DNA of 62,891 bases, counting the filler, from Reclinomonas americana ATCC 50394 (Eukaryota): the NCBI GenBank assembly GCA_048213135.1. It is 5 parts of 3 records of this genome, joined end to end, with 100 filler letters (N's around TTAATTAATTAA, not from the genome) between each part and the next. Parts side by side here need not be neighbours in the genome. Positions count along the whole stretch, not along the records: positions 13,045 to 20,724 come from PS015442.1; positions 20,825 to 43,494 come from PS015442.1; 3 more parts are not named here. One strand, given 5' to 3'. The notes under the pieces are model-generated. The model did no database searches. It had not been told where the DNA came from and saw only the letters and a list, made by a program, of their open reading frames with translations. Positions 13,045 through 24,391 of the stretch are shown piece after piece. Positions within the stretch are counted from its first letter, which is position 1, and every line of letters begins with the position of its first letter. Position numbers and translations under genes: made by a program.

Positions 13045-13390
13045 AGAGAGAGAGAGAGAGAGAGAGAGGAGAGGAGGAGAGGAGAGGGAGACAGCAGGAG
13101 AGAGAGAGAGAGAGGGGAGGGAGGAGAGGGAGAGAGGAAAGAGGGAGAGCGGGAGGAAGAGAACGGGAGAAGAAGAGAAAGGGAGAAAGAGAGAGCAAGA
13201 GGAAGAGAAAGGCAGAAGGAGAGAGAGGGAGAGGGAGTGGAAGAGAGGGAAAAGGAAAAGAGAGTGACAAACAGGGAGGCGGAGAGAGAGAGAGAGAAAA
13301 ACAGAGAGAGAGCAAGGAAGAGAAAGAGGGAATGAGAGAGGAGACAGACAAGGAGGGGTGGAGGTGCAGAGGGCAAGAGAAAAGACAGCT
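13045..13390. repeat. GA/CT-rich low-complexity tract (intronic)
   Basis: Almost pure purine sequence on the + strand. Similar tracts at 14290-14655, 17840-18097 and 48865-49085. Confidence 0.9.
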
Positions 13391-13401
13391 CGTCAGAAAA
13401 C

Positions 13402-15161
13402 TTCATCAACGTCCGAGGAGGGCACCGACGACGAAACTGTCTCGAGCATGTCTTGGAATGAGCCAGGATTGTTGATGACCTCGAATCCATCCACATCCTC
13501 ATCTTCGCCGGCCGCCGCACCCGATCCACCAGCACGGCCACCTGGCGCCTTGAACAGCTTCTTGGTCTTTTCCACCACCGCATCTGCGATCGTAGAAGAG
13601 TGAGGCCTCTAGTGCACAGAGACACCGAGATGTAAACACACCTCGCATGGTCTTGGCGTGCTTGGTGATCGAGGAGCCCCAGTCGAGCAGAGTCCACGAG
13701 AGATTTTTCTTGTTCTACACAAGGAGGGGGATCCTGTGAATACCACAGACGCTGTGCCAACCTTTCCCCCCAGTAAAACACACACCTCGTACACATCGGT
13801 GCTGAAGCTCTCCAGACTCATGCCCTGCAGACTCTTCTCCATCGCGTCCGTTAATGAGCCCTGCAGCGTGAACAGATTGCGATCCTCCTTGGACCTGCGC
13901 CACAGCAACAACACAACGCCTCAGGAGGGGGAGCGCCACACACACCACAAGATGCCACGACGCCTCACCGTGCCAGCTGCGTGGTCTTGCGCAGGAAGCT
14001 GAGCAGCTCATACAGTCCACCGGCGTGGAAGTAGAACTTGTACGACTCGCCGCTGATGCACGTCACCGTGAGGTTGGAGGCACCTGCACGCGCCTGAATG
14101 AGCACACACAAAGACACATAGAGAGAGCGAGAGAAGTGGAAGACGCCCATCGCACCAGTGGACGGGAACGAGCGGTACAGCGAGCGGATCTGCGCGAGCG
14201 GGAAACACACCGAGTACCACATCTCCTGCGTGATGTTGGCTGGCGGTTGCTGATGCGACACCGCTGCTCCAACAACAGTGAGAGACGACAATGGACAAGA
14301 GAGGAGGAGAGGAGGGAAGAGGAGAGGAGGAGAAGGAAAGAGGAAGGGAAGAAAGAGATGAAGGGAGAGAGGAGGGGCAGAGAGGAGAAGAGGAGAGGAG
14401 CAGAGAGGAGAAGGAAAGAGGAAGGGAAGGAAAGGGAAGAGGAAGGGAAGAGAAGAGGAGCAGAGAGGAGAGAGGAGGAGCAGAGAGGAGAAGAGGAGAG
14501 GAGCAGAGAGGAGAAGGAAAGAGGAAGGGAAGGAAAGGGAAGAGGAAGGGAAGAGAAGAGGAGAGAAGAGAGGAGAGAAGAGAGGAGAGAGAGAAGAGAA
14601 GCGAGAAGAAGAAGAGAAGTGGAGAGAAGAGAAAAGACGAGAGGAGGAGAGGTGACAGAAAAGCCACAGTTGCTGAAGAAACACACCTCCTTCGATCACA
14701 TACTGAGGAGCCCAAACAAAGATCGGCTGACACTCCTGACAACATATGTGTGAGCAATCATCATTGAATGTGAGATGTGGCACAGACAGAGAGAGAGACC
14801 TCCTCCACAATCATGAGTGTGCCAAAGATCTTGTTCTCGCCAGTGGCACTGATATGCACCGCAATGCGGTCGCGGCTGAACAACACCGCACTTTCACCGC
14901 CCTGAGAAATTGAAGAATGAGCTCACAACTGACACTTTCTCTCTCTCTCTCACACACACACAAAGGCTTGTGTAAGCGACTCACAAGCAGCGCAAAGATG
15001 CGACGAATGGTGTCAGGCGCCCCTGCACTGTCACTCATATCCACCAAGTCCATGCCACTTCCACCGCCTCCTCCTCCAGCAGAAGCACCACCCACACTGC
15101 TGCTGCGAGGAGGAGGCCCACTGCTGCCTCCTCCTCCCACAGACGACGAGCGAGATGACAT
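13402..15161 (-). CDS. TBC1D15/17 (Gyp7-type) Rab-GAP, N-terminal PH-like region only (3' part beyond scaffold end)
   Basis: Exons: VLFSRDRIAVH...KIFGTLMIVEE..PIFVWAP, WYSVCFPLAQIRSLYRS, NLTVTCISGESYKFYFHAGG..ELLSFL, SKEDRNLF, LSWTLLDWGSSITK, DGFEVI. The TBC domain itself is not seen. Confidence 0.7.
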
Positions 15162-15249
15162 GAGGCTTTACACTCACAAAAGTGCGTGTCAGTGAGTGAG
15201 TGGGACAGACAGAGCGAGCACGGCTGTCCTCTGTCCACGGGTGAAAACA

Positions 15250-16041
15250 ATGTCACGCGCCTGTGTTGCAAAAGGCGCCGCTGCTGTCTCCACAAACAAC
15301 GCGCGCGACGAGATATGCGGTACACACTCACAGAAGCGCGCGCGTGGGTGGTGGACAGATGGACAGTGCGAGCACTGTCCATTGCCAACAACCCCACTTT
15401 TACCGCGTGCGTTGTGAGCGCATTGTTCGTGTCTCATGGCGACTGCAAACGGTACATGCACACAGAGCACGCGCACAATGGAAAACAAAGAAACGCGAGG
15501 AAAAAACGCAAGATGTGGCTAATTATAGTCTGCTCTCTCTCTCTCTTTCTCAGTGACGCTCTCGTTCTGGACGTCGGTTCTCGACGACTTTGCTGTGTTT
15601 GGCTCGTGGTTGCCTCCGGGGCAAGCACAAGAGATGCCGATTTTGGAGACGCGCATGCTGTTGGATGCGAAGCCGCCAGTGGTGTTGCACAAGCGCGAAA
15701 TCACTCTGGCAAACCTCCCCGTCGGCACCAAGCTCTACTACTTGGTACTTACACACACACACACACACACTCTCTCTCCCTCACACACTCTCTCTCACTC
15801 ACTCAATTCTTCCTTTTCTTTTGCAGTTCTGCATTCACGGTCAGAGCTTCATCAACCGCAACGAGGCCATGGAGACAGTGGACGGATACCTGCGCAACTA
15901 TGTGATTGTGCAACCTGCGCCTCCACCTGGTGCTGCTGCTGCTGCACCGGCGCCGGCTTCTTCTTGGGCGTCCACTGGTTCGGCATCGACTCTGCCTCCG
16001 CCGGTGCCTGTGTCGCTGGTTCCAGCTGCTGTTGCCGCACC
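15250..16041 (+). CDS. N-terminal exons with a CBM48/AMPK-beta glycogen-binding-like domain (probably the same gene as 16831-19483)
   Basis: TLSFWT..DDFAVFGSW...REITLANLPVGTKLYYL|FCIHGQSFINRNEAMETVDGYLRNYVIV, followed by a Pro/Ala linker running into the gap. Start codon uncertain. Confidence 0.5.
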
Positions 16042-16830
16042 NNNNNNNNNNNNNNNNNNNNNNNNNNNNNNNNNNNNNNNNNNNNNNNNNNNNNNNNNNN
16101 NNNNNNNNNNNNNNNNNNNNNNNNNNNNNNNNNNNNNNNNNNNNNNNNNNNNNNNNNNNNNNNNNNNNNNNNNNNNNNNNNNNNNNNNNNNNNNNNNNNN
16201 NNNNNNNNNNNNNNNNNNNNNNNNNNNNNNNNNNNNNNNNNNNNNNNNNNNNNNNNNNNNNNNNNNNNNNNNNNNNNNNNNNNNNNNNNNNNNNNNNNNN
16301 NNNNNNNNNNNNNNNNNNNNNNNNNNNNNNNNNNNNNNNNNNNNNNNNNNNNNNNNNNNNNNNNNNNNNNNNNNNNNNNNNNNNNNNNNNNNNNNNNNNN
16401 NNNNNNNNNNNNNNNNNNNNNNNNNNNNNNNNNNNNNNNNNNNNNNNNNNNNNNNNNNNNNNNNNNNNNNNNNNNNNNNNNNNNNNNNNNNNNNNNNNNN
16501 NNNNNNNNNNNNNNNNNNNNNNNNNNNNNNNNNNNNNNNNNNNNNNNNNNNNNNNNNNNNNNNNNNNNNNNNNNNNNNNNNNNNNNNNNNNNNNNNNNNN
16601 NNNNNNNNNNNNNNNNNNNNNNNNNNNNNNNNNNNNNNNNNNNNNNNNNNNNNNNNNNNNNNNNNNNNNNNNNNNNNNNNNNNNNNNNNNNNNNNNNNNN
16701 NNNNNNNNNNNNNNNNNNNNNNNNNNNNNNNNNNNNNNNNNNNNNNNNNNNNNNNNNNNNNNNNNNNNNNNNNNNNNNNNNNNNNNNNNNNNNNNNNNNN
16801 NNNNNNNNNNNNNNNNNNNNNNNNNNNNNC

Positions 16831-18057
16831 CATGCCAGTGGTGCGGTGGTGGAGTTGCAACGTGATCCGTCGCTGGTGGAGGAGGAGAAGATGAAGGTGG
16901 CGTCGGAGCAGCTGACAAGCATTTCGTCGCTGTTGAAGAAGAAGTACAAGAAGGGTGGTGGCGCCAAGAAGGCCTCGGGCAAGTCGACGCCGACGACGAC
17001 GGTGGTGGCAGCAGCCACAGCCGCCACCGATGCCGCGGATGCGGAATCGTCGTCCTCGGCCGCCGCTTCTGGTTCTCTCGATGCGCCCGCTGCTGCTGGC
17101 GGTGCGTCTTCGTCTTCGGCGCCAGTCGACGCAGCGACGGTGATGGAGTTGAAGGTGTGGTGTCGGTGTCGACTGTTCTCATCCGTTCGCTCTCTTTCAC
17201 TCACTCCTCCGTGCAGATTGACGCTCGCTCGTGCATCATTTGCCACCGCCAGTGCTGGAAGTACATTGCGCTGCCCAAGTGCGCTCTGGAGCACCCGTAC
17301 TGCCTGCCGTGCGCCAAGTCGTACTTTGGTCAGTCGCCACCGGCCAAGATGCGCTGCTTGCTCTGCTTGCAACGCTCGACCGATTGCACGTCGTACGAGT
17401 CGCTGACGCACCTGGCACCGGTGCACCGTGGCGGGTGAGTTGCACAACACGGTGAAGAGAGGTCCGTCGCGCTCATTGCTTGGCGTGTGTGCAGCGTTGG
17501 AGGCGGCGCGACCGAGGTTTGCGAGGTGCACCAGAAGCCGCTTGCGTACTTTGATGTCGAGCGCAAGACGCTGTACTGTGCCGACTGTGTGCGGCGGTTA
17601 CCGGAGGAGTACGAGGTGGTTCCGTTGAAGGAGGCCCTCGGGCACACATTGGCGCCGCTGCAGGAGAAGGTGCGGAGTGCCAGTCAATTCTTCCCCAAAG
17701 GAAAATCCCCCTCATCCATCTCTTTGCAGATGATGGGTCTGGCGGGCTTTTGGACCGAGTTTTCGAACTCGGTGTCGGCTCTTGGCACCAAGGCGTCGGG
17801 AGTGGCGGATGCGTCGGCCAAGGAGATTACCAAGGTACGAGTGGGAAAGGGAAAGAGGGAAGGGAGGAAAGAGGGAGACAGAGAGAGGAGAGATAGAAGG
17901 AGAAGGAGGGTGAGAGAAATAGAGAGAGAGAGGGAGACAGGGAGAGGATGGGTGAGAGGAATGGGGAGCAGAGAGAAGAGAAGAAAGAGGGAAAGGAGAG
18001 GGATGGTGAGAGAAAATGGAGAGAGAGAAGGCAGCTCGTGGAAAACAAGGAATCAGA

Positions 18058-18098
<41 letters not shown>

Positions 18099-19483
18099 NN
18101 NNNNNNNNNNNNNNNNNNNNNNNNNNNNNNNNNNNNNNNNNNNNNNNNNNNNNNNNNNNNNNNNNNNNNNNNNNNNNNNNNNNNNNNNNNNNNNNNNNNN
18201 NNNNNNNNNNNNNNNNNNNNNNNNNNNNNNNNNNNNNNNNNNNNNNNNNNNNNNNNNNNNNNNNNNNNNNNNNNNNNNNNNNNNNNNNNNNNNNNNNNNN
18301 NNNNNNNNNNNNNNNNNNNNNNNNNNNNNNNNNNNNNNNNNNNNNNNNNNNNNNNNNNNNNNNNNNNNNNNNNNNNNNNACAGTTCGTGGCCGACATTGA
18401 CGCCATCATTGCGAGACTACACGAGATTCGTGAGAACGCCCTTGACTCCATCACCAAGGACACGAAGCGTGTGGTCAGCTCGTGCAACTGTTGCGTCTCG
18501 CTGTCTTTCCAAGCAACGTCAAAAAATGCACGTGCCAACTTCTGTTCCCTCTCGCAGCCTTGCAGCAGCGTATGAACGAGACCGTGAATTCTACCGGCAC
18601 CGTGCTGCGCTCCCTGCTGCGCGGCCTGGAGCGTGTGCCGCAGGGTGCACTCAGTGCCGACGGTGACGAGCTGCTGGCCATGCGGACTGGCGTGTTTGGC
18701 ATGGAGGCGGCCGCCGAGGAGCCGGGCGTGAGCCTGCCGGTGTTCTTCCAGGAGGTGGAGGCGAGCTGGAATGCTGCTGAGCAGTGCCTGCACCAGTGCC
18801 GCTGCATCAAGGACACGGCCGAGTCGGATGACACGACCCAGCCGAACTCGGCGGTGGCGTTTGTGGCGGGCATCAAGGGTGGGTGGGGAAGGGAGAAGGG
18901 GGGGGGGGGGGAGGGGAGGGAGGGGGGGAGAGGGGGAAGGGAGGCGAAGGAGAAGGAGAAACGGGAGGGGGAGGCTGAGTGCATGATCTGTAAGCGGAAG
19001 TGAGAGTAGAAGTGAGAGTGTGTGTGTGAGAGAATGAGAAGGGAGGACGAGGGCTGAGTGCATGATCCGTGAGTGGAAGTGAGTGCAGAAAGGAGAAGGG
19101 GAAGGGGTGAGGAGTGCCTGTATGCTCCGTGAGTGTAAGTGAGAGTAGAAGGGAGTGTGTGTGTGAGAGTGAGAAGGGAGCACGACGGCTGAGTGCACGA
19201 TCCGTGAGTGGAAGGGGTGAGGGGTGCGTGTATGATTGAGAGAGAATGAAGAGAGCGTGTGTACGTGTGTGTGAGAAGGAGGGAGAGAACAGCACTTGCT
19301 GATGGTGATGTGCACAGACCAACTGGAGCGATACAAGCCGGCAGTGTCGGTCGGATTCTTGGTACGTCGTTGTCTTTTGAATTGTGCGTTACGCAAACTG
19401 GCTGTGCTCACCCACAATGGCATCTGCAGTACGGCACCACTGGCTACGAGGAAGACGACGACTTTACCAACTACGACTACTGA
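16831..19483 (+). CDS. RING + B-box + coiled-coil (TRIM/RBCC-like) E3 ligase
   Basis: RING CIIC...PKCALEHPYCLPC...RCLLC; B-box CEVHQKPLAYFD....LYCADC....YEVVPLKEAL; then a long heptad-rich helix. Stop at 19481-19483. Confidence 0.8.
18972..19215 (+). repeat. Intronic degenerate minisatellite (core GAGTGCATGATCCGTGAGTGGAAG, about 4 copies)
   Basis: The core recurs near 18977, 19056, 19113 and 19191, separated by GA/GT-rich spacers. Confidence 0.75.
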
Positions 19484-20048
19484 GGAGAACGCATAATGAA
19501 GACGAGGGTTTTTGGCACACCGTGACCATTAAACAAAGAGCGACTGATCGAGGATGGTGCAGGAAGAGGAGGCAATCAACGAGGGATGCACAGTGTGAAC
19601 TGTGCTCTCCCTCGCCATCGACGTTGACTCTTCTTGGGGCTCGGCTTTTGCTTACCTTGACCTCCTAGTTGTCCTGCCAAGTAATGGATGTAAGGGTGAA
19701 AAATCGATGATACAAGGGTCGAGTGTGCACAGAAGGAGGCAAGGAGTCAAGGGTGGCAAGCGCAGAGCCCACAGGCTTGTAATTGCCAATGGGCGTGAGA
19801 TGCCGAGGTGGGCAATAACAATAGAAACTTCACTGATCCATACACAACAATGAGCATCTACCAGTGATCGCCAACAAGTCTCGTGTGCTTTCCTTCTACA
19901 ACTAAAACTGTTTAAAGTGTGTTGTCGATGTTGAGAATAAAGCCCTATTCAGGACACACAGCCTCCAGGCCAGGAAGAAGACTTCGTCAGCAGTGACCAC
20001 CAGAAGACGTCCATCGCGGTAACTACGAAGAAGACAAAGAAAAATTGA

Positions 20049-20400
20049 TCATATCAAGAAGAACAGTGGGGCAAGCATTGGGAAACTGTTACTTCTCTCA
20101 CACCACGCCACCATGAGCAAGCTGCACTCCGGCCTGAACCTGTGCACCACCCACTCCCTTGCATCGTTGGACAAACATCGCGATATCGAGTAACTTGTAC
20201 GTAAGCTTGTCGTGCAAAGGCGAGAGATGCACTGTCGGACGTTGCGCACGCCGAGACGACGGAGGCCAGTCGACACCAAGGCCGATGCCGTGCCAATCGA
20301 GGTCACAGGGAGCACCACCAGCTCGACCTTGGCCTGATCGCCGACCTTCTGCTTGAACGCCTTGACCAACGACTCGTACTTGGCCTTCTTGCCGTGGACA
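20049..20400 (-). mobile_element. 5'-truncated non-LTR retrotransposon remnant, C-terminus of a restriction-like endonuclease (R2/NeSL/CRE-type)
   Basis: Intronless frame HGKKAKYESLVKAF...KVELVVLPVTSIGT..LVSTGLRRLGV....ISRLCTTSLRTSYSI, with the KxxKY motif and the typical RLE tail. It lies in a gene-free stretch of different composition. Confidence 0.55.
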
Positions 20401-20824
20401 CTAGGAGGTCAAGCTTGCCTGGGTCGACGTCCGGAGAATGGGTCACAAATCAAGGGTGGATGTTGAACGGAGCCCACGGTGTCGAGACTAGACATATGGT
20501 GCCGAGGAGGCGAACGTTAACAGGACGTTAGGAGGTCAAAGTCTCGAGCTCGACGTCCAGACAAGGGGTCAAGAGTCAAAGGTGGAGGGCGCAGAACCCG
20601 AGAGGCTGCTGCTTGGCGCATGATACCAAGGCACACAGGACGTTAGGCGGCCTAGGTTGGTCAAACACTCAGCAAACGTCGCCAATCTCTTCCAATATCC
20701 GTTCCGTGCTTTCATGCTCCTCCGNNNNNNNNNNNNNNNNNNNNNNNNNNNNNNNNNNNNNNNNNNNNTTAATTAATTAANNNNNNNNNNNNNNNNNNNN
20801 NNNNNNNNNNNNNNNNNNNNNNNN

Positions 20825-22623
20825 AATCTCCGACGCACTGGTGGCCGCTGTGTTTTGGAGTTTCCTGTCACTGCCGGCGTGGTTTGTCAATGATCGCCAG
20901 CATGTTACCACGGTGCCGATTGTGCGACACGGAGTGTCGGTGGCCGCCACTGTGTTGGCGGCACTTGTCGGCGTCGACCTGGTAGATGGGACCGCGATCG
21001 CTGGTGGTCTCGCGCAATGCACGAGACCAGCCGGTGCGGCGACCACGTACTCGTCCCTGGCGGTGTCTAGCGGTCTGCAAGGTGCACTAGAGCGTTGGCT
21101 GTTTGCCACTCTGACTCCGGAGGTGGTCACGGCACACGACATGCCACGACTTGGTTAGTGATGATGCGCACGCCGTTTCATGTGTGCAAGACATGTGCAT
21201 TTGTGTTGCCAGCTAACGCGGTGATGACAGATGTTTTCATGGCTGGCGCGCGACTGCTGTTTTCGTCACTCATTCGACTCGAGCTGTTTGATTTTGATCG
21301 GTACTATTCGAGTGTGGTGACGCAGCTGGTCGGCGACGACGAGTCGGTGAGTCCTGGTTTTTTAATTTCCCCCCGGTCCCTGTCGCCGCGTGACTCATTT
21401 CGGACATGCGCAGACACGCAAGGCGCTGGAGTTGCACTCGAATTTCGCCACGTACCTTGATGTCGACGTGTGCACTGTGCGCCCCAGTGGTTCGTGGGTC
21501 TCCGACGCGTTCGGTGGCGGCTACCGCGCCGACGCCGCAGGGGCCAACGACACAGTCATGCGCGAGTGTGACCACGACTGGATTATTGGGCACACGAGTC
21601 TGGTCTCTGGCGCGTTCTCGTCGTCTGCTGCCGCTGCGGCGGCAACAACTGTCAGTATATCACCGGACACAGACGATGACGACGCCTCGGATTGGTTCGA
21701 ATCGCTGCCACTCTCGCTTGGACCGGCCAGTTCCCACTGGCACAAGGCGCTGGCGGCACGTCGCATGCTGCTGCGTGGAGCTGCGCTGCCGTCGGGCTCG
21801 TCATCGTGGGGTCCTCCCGAATTGATGCTGATCGATGACCTGACGGACAGTCTGCACTCGTTCATCTCCGATGGATGTGCGCAGCCGCTGCTGGTTCCAC
21901 CGCCACCACGACGCTTGTCGTACTCGCGAAATGCTGCTGCGACGGGCACCATCACGGCCACAACGACACCGTCTCCGCAGTCGGCGGCTCTCGCGTCGGG
22001 CGGCTTCCGCTCGCAGCCCGCCTCGCCTGCATCCGCCACTGCGTGGCCACCTCTGCGGTCACACACGCACCCCGGTGCATTGCGCATGGAGGCTCCTCGT
22101 GCCGCCAGCCTGCACCAAGTCGCGCAAGTATTGTCGCTTGACGACCATGTCGACGGCACACTGACATCGGTCACTGTTCACCGGCTCACCGCCTACTGGT
22201 GCGCGGGGGAAGATCATTCATTCATTCGTTCGCCGATTGTATTGTGTTTGTGTTTCTCACTTGTGGTCCGGATCGGCAGGCTCTCTCTCGACGATTTTAG
22301 CTGTGCCGACGAGTGCGCCGATTGGCTGCCGCGTCTGGTGGCTGTCCTGTGTCTGCTGGATCACACGCCGTGCCTGTTTGCCGCGCTGCAGCATGTTCTC
22401 ACGCGCGGTTCGTGCCATTGTCGTAATCTGCGGAAGTCACTGCATTGATCGTGTGCTGTTCACTGATTTCATTTTCTCTCGCGCAGCAACGGTGTCGGAG
22501 GGCTCTCTGGCCCTGCTGCAGATCGTGATGGAAGAGCGACGGCACGATTTCGAACAGCTGCATCCGCTTCTTGGATCGTATTTGCAAGGCGAGCGTCTGT
22601 ACCCAGTCGCCACTGGAGAAATG
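20825..22623 (+). CDS. Mediator subunit MED12-like, internal fragment
   Basis: RHGVSVAATVL, LQGALERWL and LLFSSLIRLELFDFDRYYSSVV resemble the MED12 block L.F.ELIR..vF....Y. Canonical introns; both ends fall in gaps. Confidence 0.45.
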
Positions 22624-23279
22624 GTGAGAGTGCGTTGCGACGCGCGCGCGTGTGTGTGTGTGCACGCACTCATACCATGNNNNNNNNNNNNNNNNNNNNN
22701 NNNNNNNNNNNNNNNNNNNNNNNNNNNNNNNNNNNNNNNNNNNNNNNNNNNNNNNNNNNNNNNNNNNNNNNNNNNNNNNNNNNNNNNNNNNNNNNNNNNN
22801 NNNNNNNNNNNNNNNNNNNNNNNNNNNNNNNNNNNNNNNNNNNNNNNNNNNNNNNNNNNNNNNNNNNNNNNNNNNNNNNNNNNNNNNNNNNNNNNNNNNN
22901 NNNNNNNNNNNNNNNNNNNNNNNNNNNNNNNNNNNNNNNNNNNNNNNNNNNNNNNNNNNNNNNNNNNNNNNNNNNNNNNNNNNNNNNNNNNNNNNNNNNN
23001 NNNNNNNNNNNNNNNNNNNNNNNNNNNNNNNNNNNNNNNNNNNNNNNNNNNNNNNNNNNNNNNNNNNNNNNNNNNNNNNNNNNNNNNNNNNNNNNNNNNN
23101 NNNNNNNNNNNNNNNNNNNNNNNNNNNNNNNNNNNNNNNNNNNNNNNNNNNNNNNNNNNNNNNNNNNNNNNNNNNNNNNNNNNNNNNNNNNNNNNNNNNN
23201 NNNNNNNNNNNNNNNNNNNNNNNNNNNNNNNNNNNNNNNNGCGCATGTGCGCATGTTTGCGTGTGTGTGCACACAGTAC

Positions 23280-23664
23280 CTGAGCGAGGCGGTGGTCCCA
23301 GATGATGCGCATGATGATGCGTATGGTGATGATACGCCGCGCGACCAGCAGACGCACTGGTCACAGCGCCAGCACCTGTCTGCGCTGGTGGCGGTGGCGG
23401 TGGTGGTGGTGGCGGTGGCGGCAGTGGAGGTGGTGGCGGTCCCAGCCCAGGCGCAATGGAGGTATTCATGTACGCAGCAGCCGCAGCCGCCGCAGCCGCC
23501 GCCGCCGCAGCAGCAGCGGCTGCGTGTTGTTGTTGCTGTTGTTGCTGTTGTTGTTGTTGTTGTTGCAACTGCGTGTGTGGTGGTGGCACAGTGGCGAACA
23601 GTGCCGGTGGGCCGGCATGTGGAGGCAGAGAGGAGTGCGGAGGCGGCGGCGGTGGGTCGCTCAT
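23280..23664 (-). CDS. First exon of a polyP/polyQ/polyA/His low-complexity protein (rest in gap)
   Basis: ATG at 23664: MSDPPPPPP...QQQQ...AAAA...HHAHHLGPPPRS, then a G|GTACTG donor. Divergent from BLOC1S1. Confidence 0.6.
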
Positions 23665-23777
23665 CCTTTGTCGTCCCCCAACAACAACAACAACAACGCG
23701 AAGTGAATGAGTGGAGTGGCCCAACGAATTGGATGTATGAATCGCTCTCTTTGTGTTGATCATCGCCGCGCAGTGAT

Positions 23778-24337
23778 ATGCTGACCGCGTTGTACAAGCA
23801 GCACCAGGTGGACCAGCAGAAGCGGCGGCAGGGCCTTGGTATGTGTGGAATGAGAGAGAGAGAGAGTGTTGAGTGCTCACACGCGCACCGTGTCTCCTCA
23901 CAGAGCAACGACGGCATGCGGCGCTGCTGGCGGTGGCCTCGGCCTCGGACGACGTGCTTGATCGTGTGACACGAGGCGCGAATGAGGTCAGCAGCCTCTC
24001 TCTCTCTCCCTTATGCACACAAACACACTCTCACTCTCTTTTTCTGGTTGCGCAGGTGTTTCAGAATCAGCGCGCACTGGAGGCCGAGTCACAAGCGCTG
24101 CAGCAAGAGGCCGTGCGCTTCTCACGACAGACCGTGCAGTGGCTCACGCTGTTGGACCAGTTCAACGCGTCACTAAAGGTGCGTCGAGTGACAAGCGCGC
24201 GCGCACACTCACAGAGAGATGCTGACTGGGTGAGAGTGCAGGATCTGGGCGACGTGGAGCACTGGGCGCAGTCACTGGAGAACGACATGAAGCTGGTGAC
24301 AACGAGTCTCGAGTTCATCACCCGTCCGTCGACATGA
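23778..24337 (+). CDS. BLOC1S1: BLOC-1 subunit 1 (GCN5L1)
   Basis: 4 exons: MLTALYKQHQ..., VFQNQRALEAESQALQ..AVRFSRQTVQWL..., DLGDVEHWAQSLENDM..VTTSLE. Confidence 0.92.
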
Positions 24338-24391
24338 CTCCTCTCTCTCTCTTCTCTCTGTTGTGTGTGCTCGTGTGAGCAAGTGAATCAT

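Noticed and set aside
13965..14810. S/L/P/F-rich and R/E/G-rich ORFs
   Set aside because: Translations of intronic GA/CT low-complexity tracts.
18972..19215. Repeat-spacer-like pattern in the TRIM intron
   Set aside because: The spacers are themselves similar and low-complexity. This is a degenerate minisatellite, not a CRISPR-like array.
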